A DNA stretch of 63,420 nucleotides, the filler included, from Octopus bimaculoides (taxonomy: Eukaryota), in NCBI RefSeq assembly GCF_001194135.2. It is 7 parts of 7 records of this genome, joined end to end, with 100 filler letters (N's around TTAATTAATTAA, not from the genome) between each part and the next. Parts side by side here need not be neighbours in the genome. Positions count along the whole stretch, not along the records: positions 1 to 25,952 come from NC_068981.1; positions 26,053 to 37,066 come from NC_068983.1; positions 37,167 to 44,700 come from NC_068984.1; 4 more parts are not named here. One strand, 5' to 3'. Within the stretch, counting starts at the first letter, position 1. Every line of letters starts with the position of its first letter. The notes beneath the pieces are model-generated. The model did no database searches, had not been told where the DNA came from, and worked only from the letters and a program-made list of their open reading frames with translations. The translations under genes and the position numbers were made by a program. Positions 25,509 through 38,324 of this stretch are shown piece after piece.

Positions 25509-25604
25509 TAAAGTAAAAAGTAAAAGAGTGAAAAAGAAGAATAAGTACTAACACTTCCGTTATGTATATATATATGTATATATATATCGTTCGACCTACA
25601 CCAG

Positions 25605-25721
25605 AACAACAAATTACCAGGGATCATAGAGTGGCAACTAAGAATGTCACCTGGCCAAAACTTGCAAGTCACTTTCAAACTTTTTATGCAATTTGATACT
25701 AGAAGTGCGGTGTTGTTATAC
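25605..25721 (+). CDS. Candidate 117-nt phase 0-0 exon with a CUB-like pattern
   Basis: ccag| ... TAC|gtaagt. The open frame reads NNKLPGIIEWQLRMSPGQNLQVTFKLFMQFDTRSAVLLY; the other two frames are closed. Confidence 0.3.
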
Positions 25722-25904
25722 GTAAGTATGTATAAAAGGCATCCAATTAAAGTTTTGCAAGTACTGAAATTCCATCCGCTTCGGGAGAGGGTGGATCAAT
25801 CGCATTGTGAGAATTGTTAACGACTCCGATATTAACTGATATGAAATGAAAAGAAGAGATGATCGTAAGAATCTAGAATTTGAGCAGTACAGCCATAAAC
25901 ACCT

Positions 25905-25952
<48 letters not shown>

Positions 25953-25996
25953 NNNNNNNNNNNNNNNNNNNNNNNNNNNNNNNNNNNNNNNNNNNN

Positions 25997-26008
25997 TTAA
26001 TTAATTAA
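25997..26008. other. Artificial TTAATTAATTAA spacer inside a 100-nt gap (also at 37111, 44745, 52334, 57977, 62197)
   Basis: The same 12-mer is centred in each of six N runs, with about 44 N on each side. Confidence 0.95.
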
Positions 26009-26881
26009 NNNNNNNNNNNNNNNNNNNNNNNNNNNNNNNNNNNNNNNNNNNNATATAACTATTTACATATCTATATATCTATAGATATTGAATTTTGACA
26101 TTATGCAAACACTTTTAACATTGTCGTATTTAAAATCAACTAAAACATTTAGTACATTTTCGACCTTGTAATTTTTTTTTCTTAGATGTGATGTTTTCGT
26201 TCTTCAAAGAGATATTTTACATTCTTTCTACGACTCCCTACTGATAGATTTGCTAACGTTCTAATTGCTGTGCAGTTCGTTCGATTCACGTTGTGTTGTG
26301 CAGAAGGCATATATATTGTATATTAATCACGAAAACGCAAATTAGGCTATCCACTAATATGCTAATATATGATTATTTTCTTGTACGTACTAAAGATAAT
26401 ATTGTTATTGTTCATGGAAGGAAACCGGGTACGTCTGGTCTGAGAAATACGAAACCGGTCTATCAGGAGAATTCCCCTTCTCTTTGTCTTATATCAAAAG
26501 CATAGAAGAAATGCAATATACATTCTATTTATTTCAGCCGAAGCCATGTCGCCGAGTATCTAAATTTTTCAGTACTATTTGATTCACATCCTGATGTGCA
26601 TTTACATATATATATATATANNNNNNNNNNCACATATCTGTATGCATATATATCTGTATATATATATATATATACATATATATGTATAATATGCTTAATT
26701 TCATGTGTGTGTATGTTGTCTTTTTTTTTTGTTTGTTTGTTTATGTATAAGGGGTATGCACGTATGTATAAATTTTCTAAAACAGAATATCTGAAATATT
26801 GCTTAATCTGGTCTGCTGCAATAAAACAATAGCACGACGCATCTACAACTATATTCTCAATCATCGTCGTCGTCCTCATCA

Positions 26882-26920
<39 letters not shown>

Positions 26921-27366
26921 TCGTCATCATCTTCATCATCAACAACAACTACAGCACCGCCAGCAAATATCCTGCCCAGTTTCATGACTACTACGATCGG
27001 GGTTGCTGACGTCTTCTACCACCAGCTAGGTACCCTTGATGCATAAAAGTTTCCATTCCTACTGTTTCTAACTTATTCACTTTCATTATTTAATCTTGTT
27101 TATTGTCGCCATCATAAATCCTGATTTTCATCTCCACACCGCCGACATGATCATCATCGTCGTGGTCGTTGCCGTTGTCTTCGTCTGTCTGGTTGGCTTG
27201 ATCGTCACCATCCTCATCATCTCAATATAAAAGATGCAAAAACATTCTCATTCTAAAAGATACAATATAAAGCATCGACAGCTCGTAGAATTTTCAGAAG
27301 GCTGTCTTATAATGGTCGTTTATATATATATATATATACATATATGTTCAAGTGCACTCACATTTA

Positions 27367-27409
<43 letters not shown>

Positions 27410-27576
27410 ATACATGCACACACACACACGAACAAACAGACACATTCACATACACAAGCTAACCCGAACACATAAAGACACATATACAAACAGAGGGATA
27501 CCAATATATATACCATAGGTATCCACACGTCATTCTGATCCTAATTTACATAAAAAATAATATTTATGGTCTGTTT

Positions 27577-27774
27577 AACGTTAGCACGCCGGGTGAAGTG
27601 TTTAGCGGTATTTCGTCTGTCTTTACATTCTGAGTTCAAATTCCGCCGAGGTTGACTTTACCTTTCATCCTTTCGAGGTCGATAAATTAAGTACCAGTTA
27701 CGTACTGGGGTCGATCTAATCGACTGGTCTCCTCCCTCCAAATTTCGGGCCTTGTGCCTAGAGTAGAAAAAAAA
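27577..27774 (+). mobile_element. SINE family 1, tail type ii
   Basis: Near-consensus head remainder, core and ccaaatttcgggccttgtgcctagagtagaaaa tail. Confidence 0.9.
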
Positions 27775-28609
27775 TGCTAAGAATATAATGTACCCATGAG
27801 GTGCATGCAAGAGCAAGTTGACGACGACAACATAGAGTAGCAGAAATGGCTGGAGAATAGACTAAGGCAAAAGAGAAAATCGATGTTACTTCAATAAAAT
27901 CATACAGAGACCGCAACACTATACAAATACACACAGTGGTATGATAAACAATATTGAAATAAACATTCTGTCTACACACCCAAAAACTTCGACGATGCGA
28001 ATGGTTACAGAAACAGTATACATACGCGCAGCTGATATTGACCTCACACAAAAGTTCAAAAGAGCGAATGAAAGAAGTAATCATGCTTCAAACATATCAT
28101 CCACCATTACAGAAACATTAGTGTCAGAAAGAGAGAAATAAAATTAAAGTCAAATACTGTCAACTAGGACAAGCACAAATTACAAATATCCATACTTACA
28201 ATCAATATCATCAACCAAATAATTCATACACAGGCCATACGCACAGATCGATACAATCCACACGTACAACCAATCATCAAGTAACACACCAGCGCGAACA
28301 GGTTAATGATTATGAATTTAAAAACGATCACAATGAAACCAAAGTAAAACGCAATATATATGGGACTGACGATATTTATTGCAAAACATCAGCTAAAATT
28401 TGTAACAAATAACGATAAAGAAATGAACTATAATTAGTGAGGATGTTTATTTTATTGAGAGTATCATTCTTTCAAAGTATAACTATATCAGTTACAGCAC
28501 AAGGTTTCACAATCATATTCTTGCTAAACACATGATACACACACAGAGACTCAAACGTGAACACACACACTTACACACGCGCGCGCGCACGAACACGCAC
28601 GCATATATA

Positions 28610-28945
28610 GAAGAGGGACAAAAATTCAAAGTTAAACCTGACTTTACTTGTGCCTCAGAAAACCTTATTTATGTAATAAGATGCTCGGGCTGCCACGAAA
28701 ACTACATAGGGTCCACAGGATTATCGCTCAGACGCAGATGCACTCTGCATCGACAGCAGATTGCATGCCCAGAATACCGAATGATACCTCTTAGTGAGCA
28801 TGTTGAGAAATGCACAAAACAAATGCTACCACAATTTATAATCTTTCCTTTCTATCAATGTGCCATTGGAACACCAACACAAATTAGATTAAATAAGGAA
28901 ACCTTTTTCATTCGAAAATACAAACCCAAACTTAACCATTGCTAA
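28610..28945 (+). mobile_element. PLE GIY-YIG endonuclease domain, 5'-truncated, reading frame open
   Basis: FTCASENLIYVIRCSGCHENYIGSTGLSLRRRCTLHRQQI...PLSEHVEKC...RLNKETFFIRKYKPKLNHC*. It has LIY/YIG motifs, CxxC between them plus two His (the PLE CCHH signature), and the conserved R, E and N. Confidence 0.9.
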
Positions 28946-29909
28946 CACATTTAAATAAGGAAATTCATCACCCCACTGAGAGGGAAAAAAANNNNNNNNN
29001 NNNNNNNNNNNNNNNNNNNNNNNNNNNNNNNNNNNNNNNNNNNNNNNNNNNNNNNNNNNNNNNNNNNNNNNNNNNNNNNNNNNNNNNNNNNNNNNNNNNN
29101 NNNNNNNNNNNNNNNNNNNNNNNNNNNNNNNNNNNNNNNNNNNNNNNNNNNNNNNNNNNNNNNNNNNNNNNNNNNNNNNNNNNNNNNNNNNNNNNNNNNN
29201 NNNNNNNNNNNNNNNNNNNNNNNNNNNNNNNNNNNNNNNNNNNNNNNNNNNNNNNNNNNNNNNNNNNNNNNNNNNNNNNNNNNNNNNNNNNNNNNNNNNN
29301 NNNNNNNNNNNNNNNNNNNNNNNNNNNNNNNNNNNNNNNNNNNNNNNNNNNNNNNNNNNNNNNNNNNNNNNNNNNNNNNNNNNNNNNNNNNNNNNNNNNN
29401 NNNNNNNNNNNNNNNNNNNNNNNNNNNNNNNNNNNNNNNNNNNNNNNNNNNNNNNNNNNNNNNNNNNNNNNNNNNNNNNNNNNNNNNNNNNNNNNNNNNN
29501 NNNNNNNNNNNNNNNNNNNNNNNNNNNNNNNNNNNNNNNNNNNNNNNNNNNNNNNNNNNNNNNNNNNNNNNNNNNNNNNNNNNNNNNNNNNNNNNNNNNN
29601 NNNNNNNNNNNNNNNNNNNNNNNNNNNNNNNNNNNNNNNNNNNNNNNNNNNNNNNNNNNNNNNNNNNNNNNNNNNNNNNNNNNNNNNNNNNNNNNNNNNN
29701 NNNNNNNNNNNNNNNNNNNNNNNNNNNNNNNNNNNNNNNNNNNNNNNNNNNTATATATATATATATATATATGTTGAACAATGCAATCATTACTTCAGTT
29801 CAAATGCAGAGCAATCTTCAGCTGCACAAAGACATAGAACTTAATTAAATTTAAACAGATAGATAGATAGATAGATAGCTAGCTAGATAGATATTTTCTA
29901 AGATATTTT

Positions 29910-30440
29910 GTTATGCTTGCTGGCTCTGGGGGGATATCAGAGACCAATCTCCTGCGGCCCTCGCAGAACGGTGTGATTGATGTACTTTGAATTCTACCTC
30001 GACTGTTTTAGATCGACATGTGCTGCAAAGATTGAGCGAAGAAGTGAGTCCAAAGGGTTGATGTTCTGGAGATGAAGGCTTGTCCATTGTGCCACATTCG
30101 TTGCGGTTGGACGCATTAAGGTTGACTAGAGATAGAGAGACGAATTAGTTGACGGTGCTTGGGTCGGTGAGGTAATAAACCGGGAAAAACTGAGGAGCAG
30201 AAGCCCTTATATAATCAATCGATCCTATTTCCACTGCAGGGGCGATACGATACTCAACCGGCAGTGGAGCAGAGGCTGAAGTGAAACCCTTAAAACTAGA
30301 TAGCTAGTCAGTAGTATGACCCTACTCTGTAAACGATCCAGGCTGGCTTTGAGCGTGACTGGGATGGGCTGTAAACCTTTGTGTGGATTGCTTAAATCGA
30401 GTCGTGAGTAGGGTTGAAATATCTTCCAGATCTAACGGGT
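29910..30440 (-). mobile_element. 3' coding end of a CR1/Jockey-like LINE, decayed
   Basis: LDRLQSRVILLT...SLQPLLHCR (30341 downward), GFCSS, RTSTLW then SLLRSIFAAHVDLK across frameshifts. Confidence 0.6.
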
Positions 30441-30486
30441 GAGTCTTTTATGACGTAATGTGTATGTTATATATGTGATGTGTGTG

Positions 30487-30564
30487 TTATTTCTTTACTA
30501 CCCACAAGGGGCTACACACAGAGGGAACAAACAAGGACAGACAAACGGATTAAGTCGATTACAT
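30487..30564 (-). mobile_element. SINE family 1, 3' fragment, tail type i
   Basis: ttatttctttactacccacaagggg...ttaagtcgattacat. Confidence 0.8.
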
Positions 30565-31862
30565 GGTGTGTGTGTGCGTCTTATATATGGTGTGTGTTAT
30601 ATATGATATGTGTGTATGTGTTTGTGTGTGTGTTATATATGGAGTGTGTGTGTATGTGTGTTAGTGTTGCTTTTGCAAATGTATATAGCTCAAACGTATC
30701 ATCGTTATGATTAAAACAATGTTTGCATCATTGTATTTCTCTTTCTAGTCTGGTTTACTCCCACACACTGTAACCAGTCTTTGCAAGCTCTCTGTCACTG
30801 ATGTCTTCTCGACAAATATACGGATCATCAGGACCATCATCATCATCATATCTATGATGACGATTATGATCATGGTCATATTCATTATGATCATCATCAC
30901 GGTTATCGTCACCGTCGTCTTCATCCTCCTCCTCCTCCTCATCACCATCACCATCATCATCATCATCATCAAGTCTCATCCGCCCACATACTCACACATT
31001 CCCAGAACATGTATTATGCACACACAACTAAAGACATACAAACATATCCACACACAAACACACACACAAACACACACAAACACATACATATATACACGCA
31101 CACACATACATACATACATACATTCCTACATATAAACGAGCAGAGTTTTACATGTTTATAACATCAAAGTTCTTCACCCTTTATCTTCTCACTCCCGCCA
31201 CAAACCCCTTTATAAGATTTTCCTTTGTTTTTATCACTTCTGCGATTGCTTCATTAATTGCAGAAAGTTTCATTCAACCCTACTGCAAGCACCATCACAC
31301 ATACCCCATCAATCTCTATTTCTCCCTCTCCCTTCCTCTTCTCACGCCCTCTTACTAATTCCTGTCTCTCTTACTCCGCATTACTCGCTATATCTCTTCA
31401 CTCTTTTACCTCCTACATTAACACAAACTCTCTCTCTCTCTCTCTCTCTCACTCTTCCCCATTCTCACTGTGGCATATATCCTCTGTCTCTTGCTATCCT
31501 TCTCTATTCTCCCACTGTTACTCTTAGCCTCTGTCAACTTTCGGCTTGCTATCGCTTTCTCATTCTCGCTCACTCTCTATCGTAGCGCTTCCTCTCTCTT
31601 TTCTCTCCCTATTATTTTTATCTGCTTTTCTCATAATGAAACGGAACAACGATATAACATTTATATACATATATTACAGATGTTAATTCAATTACAGAAT
31701 TATAGACATACGTACATAAATGTATGTAGACACAAACACAAACACACACATTAATATATACACTTACATTTATACATGTGTAAATATATATATATGTATA
31801 TATACACATACATAGATGTATATGTACACTCACACACACATATACACAAAGACAAAGGAATA

Positions 31863-31899
<37 letters not shown>

Positions 31900-32218
31900 T
31901 ATATACATACATACATATATATCTACATTTACATAGGAGTACGTGTGCATACGTGCATATAGATATGCATGTATGAGAATATGTATATTCTTTTGCTCTT
32001 TTACTCTTACATATGTTTAAGCCATGAGACTGCTGCCAGGCTGGAGCAGATATATATGTATATGTACTTGTATATATGCATACGTGTGCACATGTGTGTT
32101 TATATTTCTGCACTTACATGTTATGTGTATTTGAGTTTGATGGATGGATTTCTCTGCTTCTTGTGCGTGAGCCTGTAAAAGTTTCCTCTGTATATTTCAA
32201 TATCTTATACCGGACCCA

Positions 32219-32398
32219 AAGCGGCGAGCTGGCAGAGACTTTAGCACACCTGGTGGAATGCTTAGCGGTATTTCGTCTGTCTTTACGTTCTGAGTTCAAA
32301 TTCTGATAAATTAAGTACCAGTTGCATGCTGGGGTCGATTTAATCGACTGGCCCCCTCCCTCAAAATTTCGAGTCTCGTGCCCAGAGTAGAAAAAAAG
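32219..32398 (+). mobile_element. SINE family 1 with an internal deletion, tail type ii
   Basis: The head joins the core directly (ttcaaattc|tgataaattaagtacc). Confidence 0.9.
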
Positions 32399-32509
32399 AA
32401 TATATTCTCCTAGACCCCTTCAAATTTTACCTGAATGCATACATATATACATAAACGCACGCACATACACACACATACATATATATTTATATATGTATGT
32501 ACATACGTA

Positions 32510-32660
<151 letters not shown>

Positions 32661-33310
32661 ACACATACGTACATACATACATACATATATACATGTGTGT
32701 GTATGCATGTTTCTATGTATGTGCACCTTTATATCTGTTTACATTATAGCCTTGTGCAAACGTATTACTATCAGATAAATAGACATATTTCATTCCGGAC
32801 AAAACTGGTGAGATATTTACCATTATTCCATCGCTAGCGAACAGCAGGTTCTATAACAACCTAGATTCCTTCATACAGTATAAGTTACAGTAGAAAGGTA
32901 AAAGACCCTATCTTGTAAGTTGTCTTGTCTCAGCATCAATCCTCTATTATCTATTTCGCTGTTTCCCCCCCCCCCTCAATATCATTGTCTCTGCTTTCTG
33001 TTTCATTCTCCTTTCCTGCCTTGTATTTATTTATGCCAATAAGTATCTATGGATGTATGTATGCACATATTTTCTGTACATATTTACGTATGGAAGCACA
33101 CACGTATTTATGTTTGTATGTACGAGTTTATTTATGCATATTAGTATCTTTTTGGCCTATCCATCGACTAAATCTATCAAATTATGTACTTGCATGCATG
33201 CATACACAAGCACACACCTAAACACCCTCATACACATACACACATACACACATACACACAGGTACAGACACACATACACACACACATACATCGTTGCTAT
33301 TATGTTAAAC

Positions 33311-33519
33311 TGTCGTAAGTCCAAATTTGGCCAAATGCGTCTTTTGCAATATTTATTTTTGCATGCAATACTCTGTTCTTCTGGTTAAACTATCGTATCG
33401 CCAATTGCTTCGGATGCCAAGATATCAAGAGTTGTCAAAGTTTAGTACAACGGTTTTGCTATGGAATGGTGGAACTATTTTATCGATTTCTGAAAAAGCA
33501 ACTTTTGGGACTTACGACA
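33311..33519. mobile_element. Candidate MITE with 12-bp terminal inverted repeats
   Basis: tgtcgtaagtcc (33311-33322) and ggacttacgaca (33508-33519) are exact reverse complements. No clear TSD. Confidence 0.5.
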
Positions 33520-33724
33520 CCTTTGCATAATAGGTATGGCTATTTCACATATTGTTATTAGTTATTCTTACATTTTAGCATCGATTTTCCAGACGATGAT
33601 TTTCCTAACTTTTATCTGAAATGGTTATAGCTATTTTCTGTTATGTCCAGAGAACTTGGTCTGAGTAACTATTAAATATGCGTGTGTGTGTGTGTGTGTG
33701 TACGTATACGCGTAGATAGATAGT

Positions 33725-33775
<51 letters not shown>

Positions 33776-34354
33776 CGTTCTTTTATTAGCCACACAGGGC
33801 TGCACACAGAGGGGACAGAAATTGATATATAAATAAATACTTAGACACATTTACATACGCGCACTCGCACTTGCCCACATTAAAAAAAACATAGAGATGC
33901 ACGTGTTTATTTGAAAAGTAATGTAAACATACAAAAAATTGAACCTTTAGCGTACTGTAGGTGAATCATGTCACCTTATGAGTTTTCACACCTGCAGTAA
34001 GAGGACTGGTGGGGGGGGGGAAACGATTCTAGAGAAAATGCAGAGTGTGTGAGATTAATTTTTACAAGGATTCAGCTTACGACACCCACCACACCATTGT
34101 TCATTTGACTTTTACCTGACGTGCAAAAATGCATGTTACAAGGAAACAAATACGTTATGTTAATTCATATCATGCACCGATCATTTATGTCGATTTGCCT
34201 CCTAATACTTTCATACGGACACGCAGACAGCACGGAACAAATCCATACTTATTCATACAATACCTATAGATCTTCATTTAAGGTGCTTTCAAAATTGTGT
34301 ATGCATGTATGTATGTATGTATATTTGTGTGTGTGTGTGTGTATGTGTGTGTAT

Positions 34355-34397
<43 letters not shown>

Positions 34398-35372
34398 ACG
34401 AGATATATGTATATAAAAAATACTAAATGGGACAAGAACGCAAAACACACACACATATATATATGTATATATATATATATATNNNNNNNNNNNNNNNNNN
34501 NNNNNNNNNNNNNNNNNNNNNNNNNNNNNNNNNNNNNNNNNNNNNNNNNNNNNNNNNNNNNNNNNNNNNNNNNNNNNNNNNNNNNNNNNNNNNNNNNNNN
34601 NNNNNNNNNNNNNNNNNNNNNNNNNNNNNNNNNNNNNNNNNNNNNNNNNNNNNNNNNNNNNNNNNNNNNNNNNNNNNNNNNNNNNNNNNNNNNNNNNNNN
34701 NNNNNNNNNNNNNNNNNNNNNNNNNNNNNNNNNNNNNNNNNNNNNNNNNNNNNNNNNNNNNNNNNNNNNNNNNNNNNNNNNNNNNNNNNNNNNNNNNNNN
34801 NNNNNNNNNNNNNNNNNNNNNNNNNNNNNNNNNNNNNNNNNNNNNNNNNNNNNNNNNNNNNNNNNNNNNNNNNNNNNNNNNNNNNNNNNNNNNNNNNNNN
34901 NNNNNNNNNNNNNNNNNNNNNNNNNNNNNNNNNNNNNNNNNNNNNNNNNNNNNNNNNNNNNNNNNNNNNNNNNNNNNNNNNNNNNNNNNNNNNNNNNNNN
35001 NNNNNNNNNNNNNNNNNNNNNNNNNNNNNNNNNNNNNNNNNNNNNNNNNNNNNNNNNNNNNNNNNNNNNNNNNNNNNNNNNNNNNNNNNNNNNNNNNNNN
35101 NNNNNNNNNNNNNNNNNNNNNNNNNNNNNNNNNNNNNNNNNNNNNNNNNNNNNNNNNNNNNNNNNNNNNNNNNNNNNNNNNNNNNNNNNNNNNNNNNNNN
35201 NNNNNNNNNNNNNNNNNNNNNNNNNNNNNNNNNNNNNNNNNNNNNNNNNNNNNNNNNNNNNNNNNNNNNNNNNNNNNNNNNNNNNNNNNNNNNNNNNNNN
35301 NNNNNNNNNNNNNNNNNNNNNNNNNNNNNNNNNNNNNNNNACTTCGTCCCTACTTTCAAGTTCGTGCCTCAC

Positions 35373-35648
35373 AACGTTCATACACACATAATTTTTCTCG
35401 TCTGGCCGTAAAGCCTTTTCTGTTTGTTTTCCTGTCTTGTTTTTGTCCGCCACTACATTCCTCCATGGCAAGATTTAATTTGTGTATACAAATTTAATTT
35501 GCGATCCATGGGAAGAGCCGTTTTAACGATGCGTCCTGCCCAGCTCTTCGAAACGCCGGTGTTAAAACGGGGGTAGCTGATGAAGTATAATGTTCTCTAT
35601 GTGGCTTGCGTGTTTTCTCGTCTACGTTCTGGTTGCAATGTCCTGCAT
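35373..35648 (+). mobile_element. Interspersed repeat B, copy 2
   Basis: Aligns to 14468-14790. Confidence 0.85.
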
Positions 35649-36104
35649 TAGGACCAATAGAACTTGGTGTCAGTGTCATCGCTCAAAATTAAGGAACAGA
35701 TAGCAAATCGCAGTCTGGCGACATTATAACAGTTACGCCTATCCATTGCTCTCGGTCGGTAAACATTTAGTCGAAGCCTGAGAAATGAAAAGTATAGCTA
35801 ACCTTTCAGGGATTTGAACTGAGAACACAGAAACTCTTTCACTTTTGCGAAGCGATTATCAGAGTATTCTTCATGTTACCTTTATTAACGCATCCTATCT
35901 CACTTATTGCGTTCGAGAAACAAACATGTTTGATTATACAGTAAGAGCCCTCTCCAAACTAGGCAATAAGTGTTTAACTCCCATCATTTCTATACGTGCT
36001 TGTCCGACTCTATAAAAATGAAACGGCCTAACTTGATATGAGGATATCTAACCATTTCAAATAGAAATGAGAACCATGGTGCAATAGAAACGATATACTA
36101 TATA

Positions 36105-36340
36105 AAGGCGGCGAGCTGGCAGAACGTTAGCACGCTGGGCGAAATGCTGAACGGTATTTCGTTTGTTTTTATGTTGTGTGTTCAATTTCCGCCGAGGTCG
36201 ACTTTGCCTTTCATCCTCTCGGGTCGATAAATTAAGAGCCAGTTACGCACTGGGGTCGATGTAATCGACTTAATCCCTTTGCCTGTCCTTGTTCGTCTCC
36301 TTTACGATTGGCCCCTTGTGGGCAATAAAGAAATAAGAAA
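36105..36340 (+). mobile_element. SINE family 1, full length, tail type i
   Basis: aaggcggcgagctggcagaacgttagc head through ggccccttgtgggcaataaagaaataag. Confidence 0.9.
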
Positions 36341-36736
36341 CTATATACTTTAAATCATATGAAACCAATGCCTATTCTTTTGCTTTTTTGCATATTTGGA
36401 TATTTTACTCGCTGTGTTAAGAGAATTATTCCTTCGAAATACGAACTCCGGACTATTGCTTTTGTACTTCTTGAATCGTTTACAGAGAAAACAAATACGT
36501 CACCGAGGTGCAATTTGAATTCAGAACTAAGAATCAAGAAGATAAAGTTTATAAAATATTACAACCATCATCTCTTCAGTTAACGGGCCATTTTCATAGC
36601 ATCGAAACTCGGAGTTTTATCATGGCTACCGAATAATTGTCAGACATTATATTTACAGATATGTATGTATGTATGTATGTATGTATACATGTATGTATAG
36701 GTAGATACATACTCATATATATTATAGCCTATTATG

Positions 36737-36784
<48 letters not shown>

Positions 36785-37264
36785 ATCGCCCCAGCATATC
36801 TGCAGCTCTTGAAGTGAGATAGATAAAAGAGTATGCCTGTGCGAGAGTGTGTATGCATTATAACTATTAATATATATCCACATATATCTGTTTTTATATA
36901 TATATATCAGCACACATGCGCGCGCAATCGCGTATACACATACATACACACACAAATATATATGCACACACACTGACATACATATATCTCTCTATGAACC
37001 TATCTATAAATATATACATATATATGTAAGCATGTTTATGCATATATGCGTGTGTATATATATATANNNNNNNNNNNNNNNNNNNNNNNNNNNNNNNNNN
37101 NNNNNNNNNNTTAATTAATTAANNNNNNNNNNNNNNNNNNNNNNNNNNNNNNNNNNNNNNNNNNNNTTTTTTTTTCCTTCCTTCCCCCTCCCAAAAAGAA
37201 AAGCTCTACATTGTATTTGTCCCATCTTCGTTGAGCCCTGTGTGGCTAATAAAAGAAATGTATC

Positions 37265-37479
37265 TAATAATACAAATGATATATGAGCATATGCATGTAT
37301 ACATACATATATGTACATACCTACATCTACATGTATATATAGATGCATATCCGGGTACAGGACGTCAAAAAACGTGGACTTTTATTTTGCGGACAACAGA
37401 ATGAACACAGGAAAACAGACAAGCCACCTATGGAACTTTTCCTTCACCAGCTGCCTCTATTCTAAACTAGACGTTTCGA

Positions 37480-37480
<1 letters not shown>
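37265..37480 (-). mobile_element. Interspersed repeat B, copy 3 (3' part, diverged)
   Basis: The reverse complement ttcgaaacgtc...gcagctggtgaaggaaaagttcc...gtcctgtacccggatatgcatctatatac matches 14673-14870. Confidence 0.75.
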
Positions 37481-37510
<30 letters not shown>

Positions 37511-38040
37511 TGGAGTGGCTTTCTTTGGGTCAAGTAGTATTGAAGGAAATCTGGTCAGGTTCTCTTAGCTGGTTAGGAGAGAAAGAGGAGGAATAAAAGT
37601 AGGGAAACAGAAAGAAAATGAGTTGGTAGATGGAGATGCGAAAGGCGGATGAAAACAAAAGCAAAGGAGAGAGATGGGGCGGGATTGAGAAGGGTAGATA
37701 TAGGGTAAAACTGACCAGTTAAGAGCGATAGGAAGGCACTCAAATAGAAGAAAAGTAAAAGGCGGTAAAAAAGAAAAAAGTATAAGGAAATATAGACGGT
37801 AATGGCTGCACATGAAAACTGACCAAGAATAGAAATGTTTTGTGCTCGATTAGGTATGAAGAACGTGGATTACAATTTAAAACAAAAGTTACAAATCACA
37901 TTGCATTAGCCTTATATCGTACTTGATTACTATTTCTAAAAGACCAGGGTGAAGGACAAAGTCCTGTTGCTTGCCCCCCTCTCTCTTTCTCTCTCTCTCT
38001 CTGTCACATGCACACACACATACCCACACATATTCTACCT

Positions 38041-38267
38041 GTTTCAGCTTGAGAGCTGTGGCCATGCTGGGACACTGCCATTGGTTTTATCTACGTTTTC
38101 ATAAATCCTCCTTTTATAGTTAGCATATGGTGAAGTAGGGAGTTTGATGTTGCTGCCTCCATTTGCTTTTCCTGCCATGAAGTTGGCTTATCCGGGATTC
38201 TTAACGGTAGGAGATCCACTTCTGTTCTGAAGACGTCTACATCCACACCATGTACGTCCTTCAAACG
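38041..38267 (-). mobile_element. 3' end of a CR1/L2-like LINE (coding end plus 3' UTR)
   Basis: RLKDVHGVDVDVFRTEVDLLPLRIPDKPTSWQEKQMEAATSNSLLHHML...* (stop at 38091-38093), then the tail ggcagtgtcccagcatggccacagctctcaagctgaaac. Clade assignment is from memory of similar C-termini. Confidence 0.6.
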
Positions 38268-38275
38268 TCTCTCTC

Positions 38276-38324
<49 letters not shown>

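Noticed and set aside
30319-30414. ~95-nt stem-loop (accctactc/gagtagggt)
   Set aside because: It lies within decayed LINE coding sequence on the - strand and is most likely incidental
36359-36583. 74-aa ORF with a signal-peptide-like start (MKPMPILLLFCIFG)
   Set aside because: The opposite strand is equally open, there is no donor or motif support, and it abuts a SINE tail
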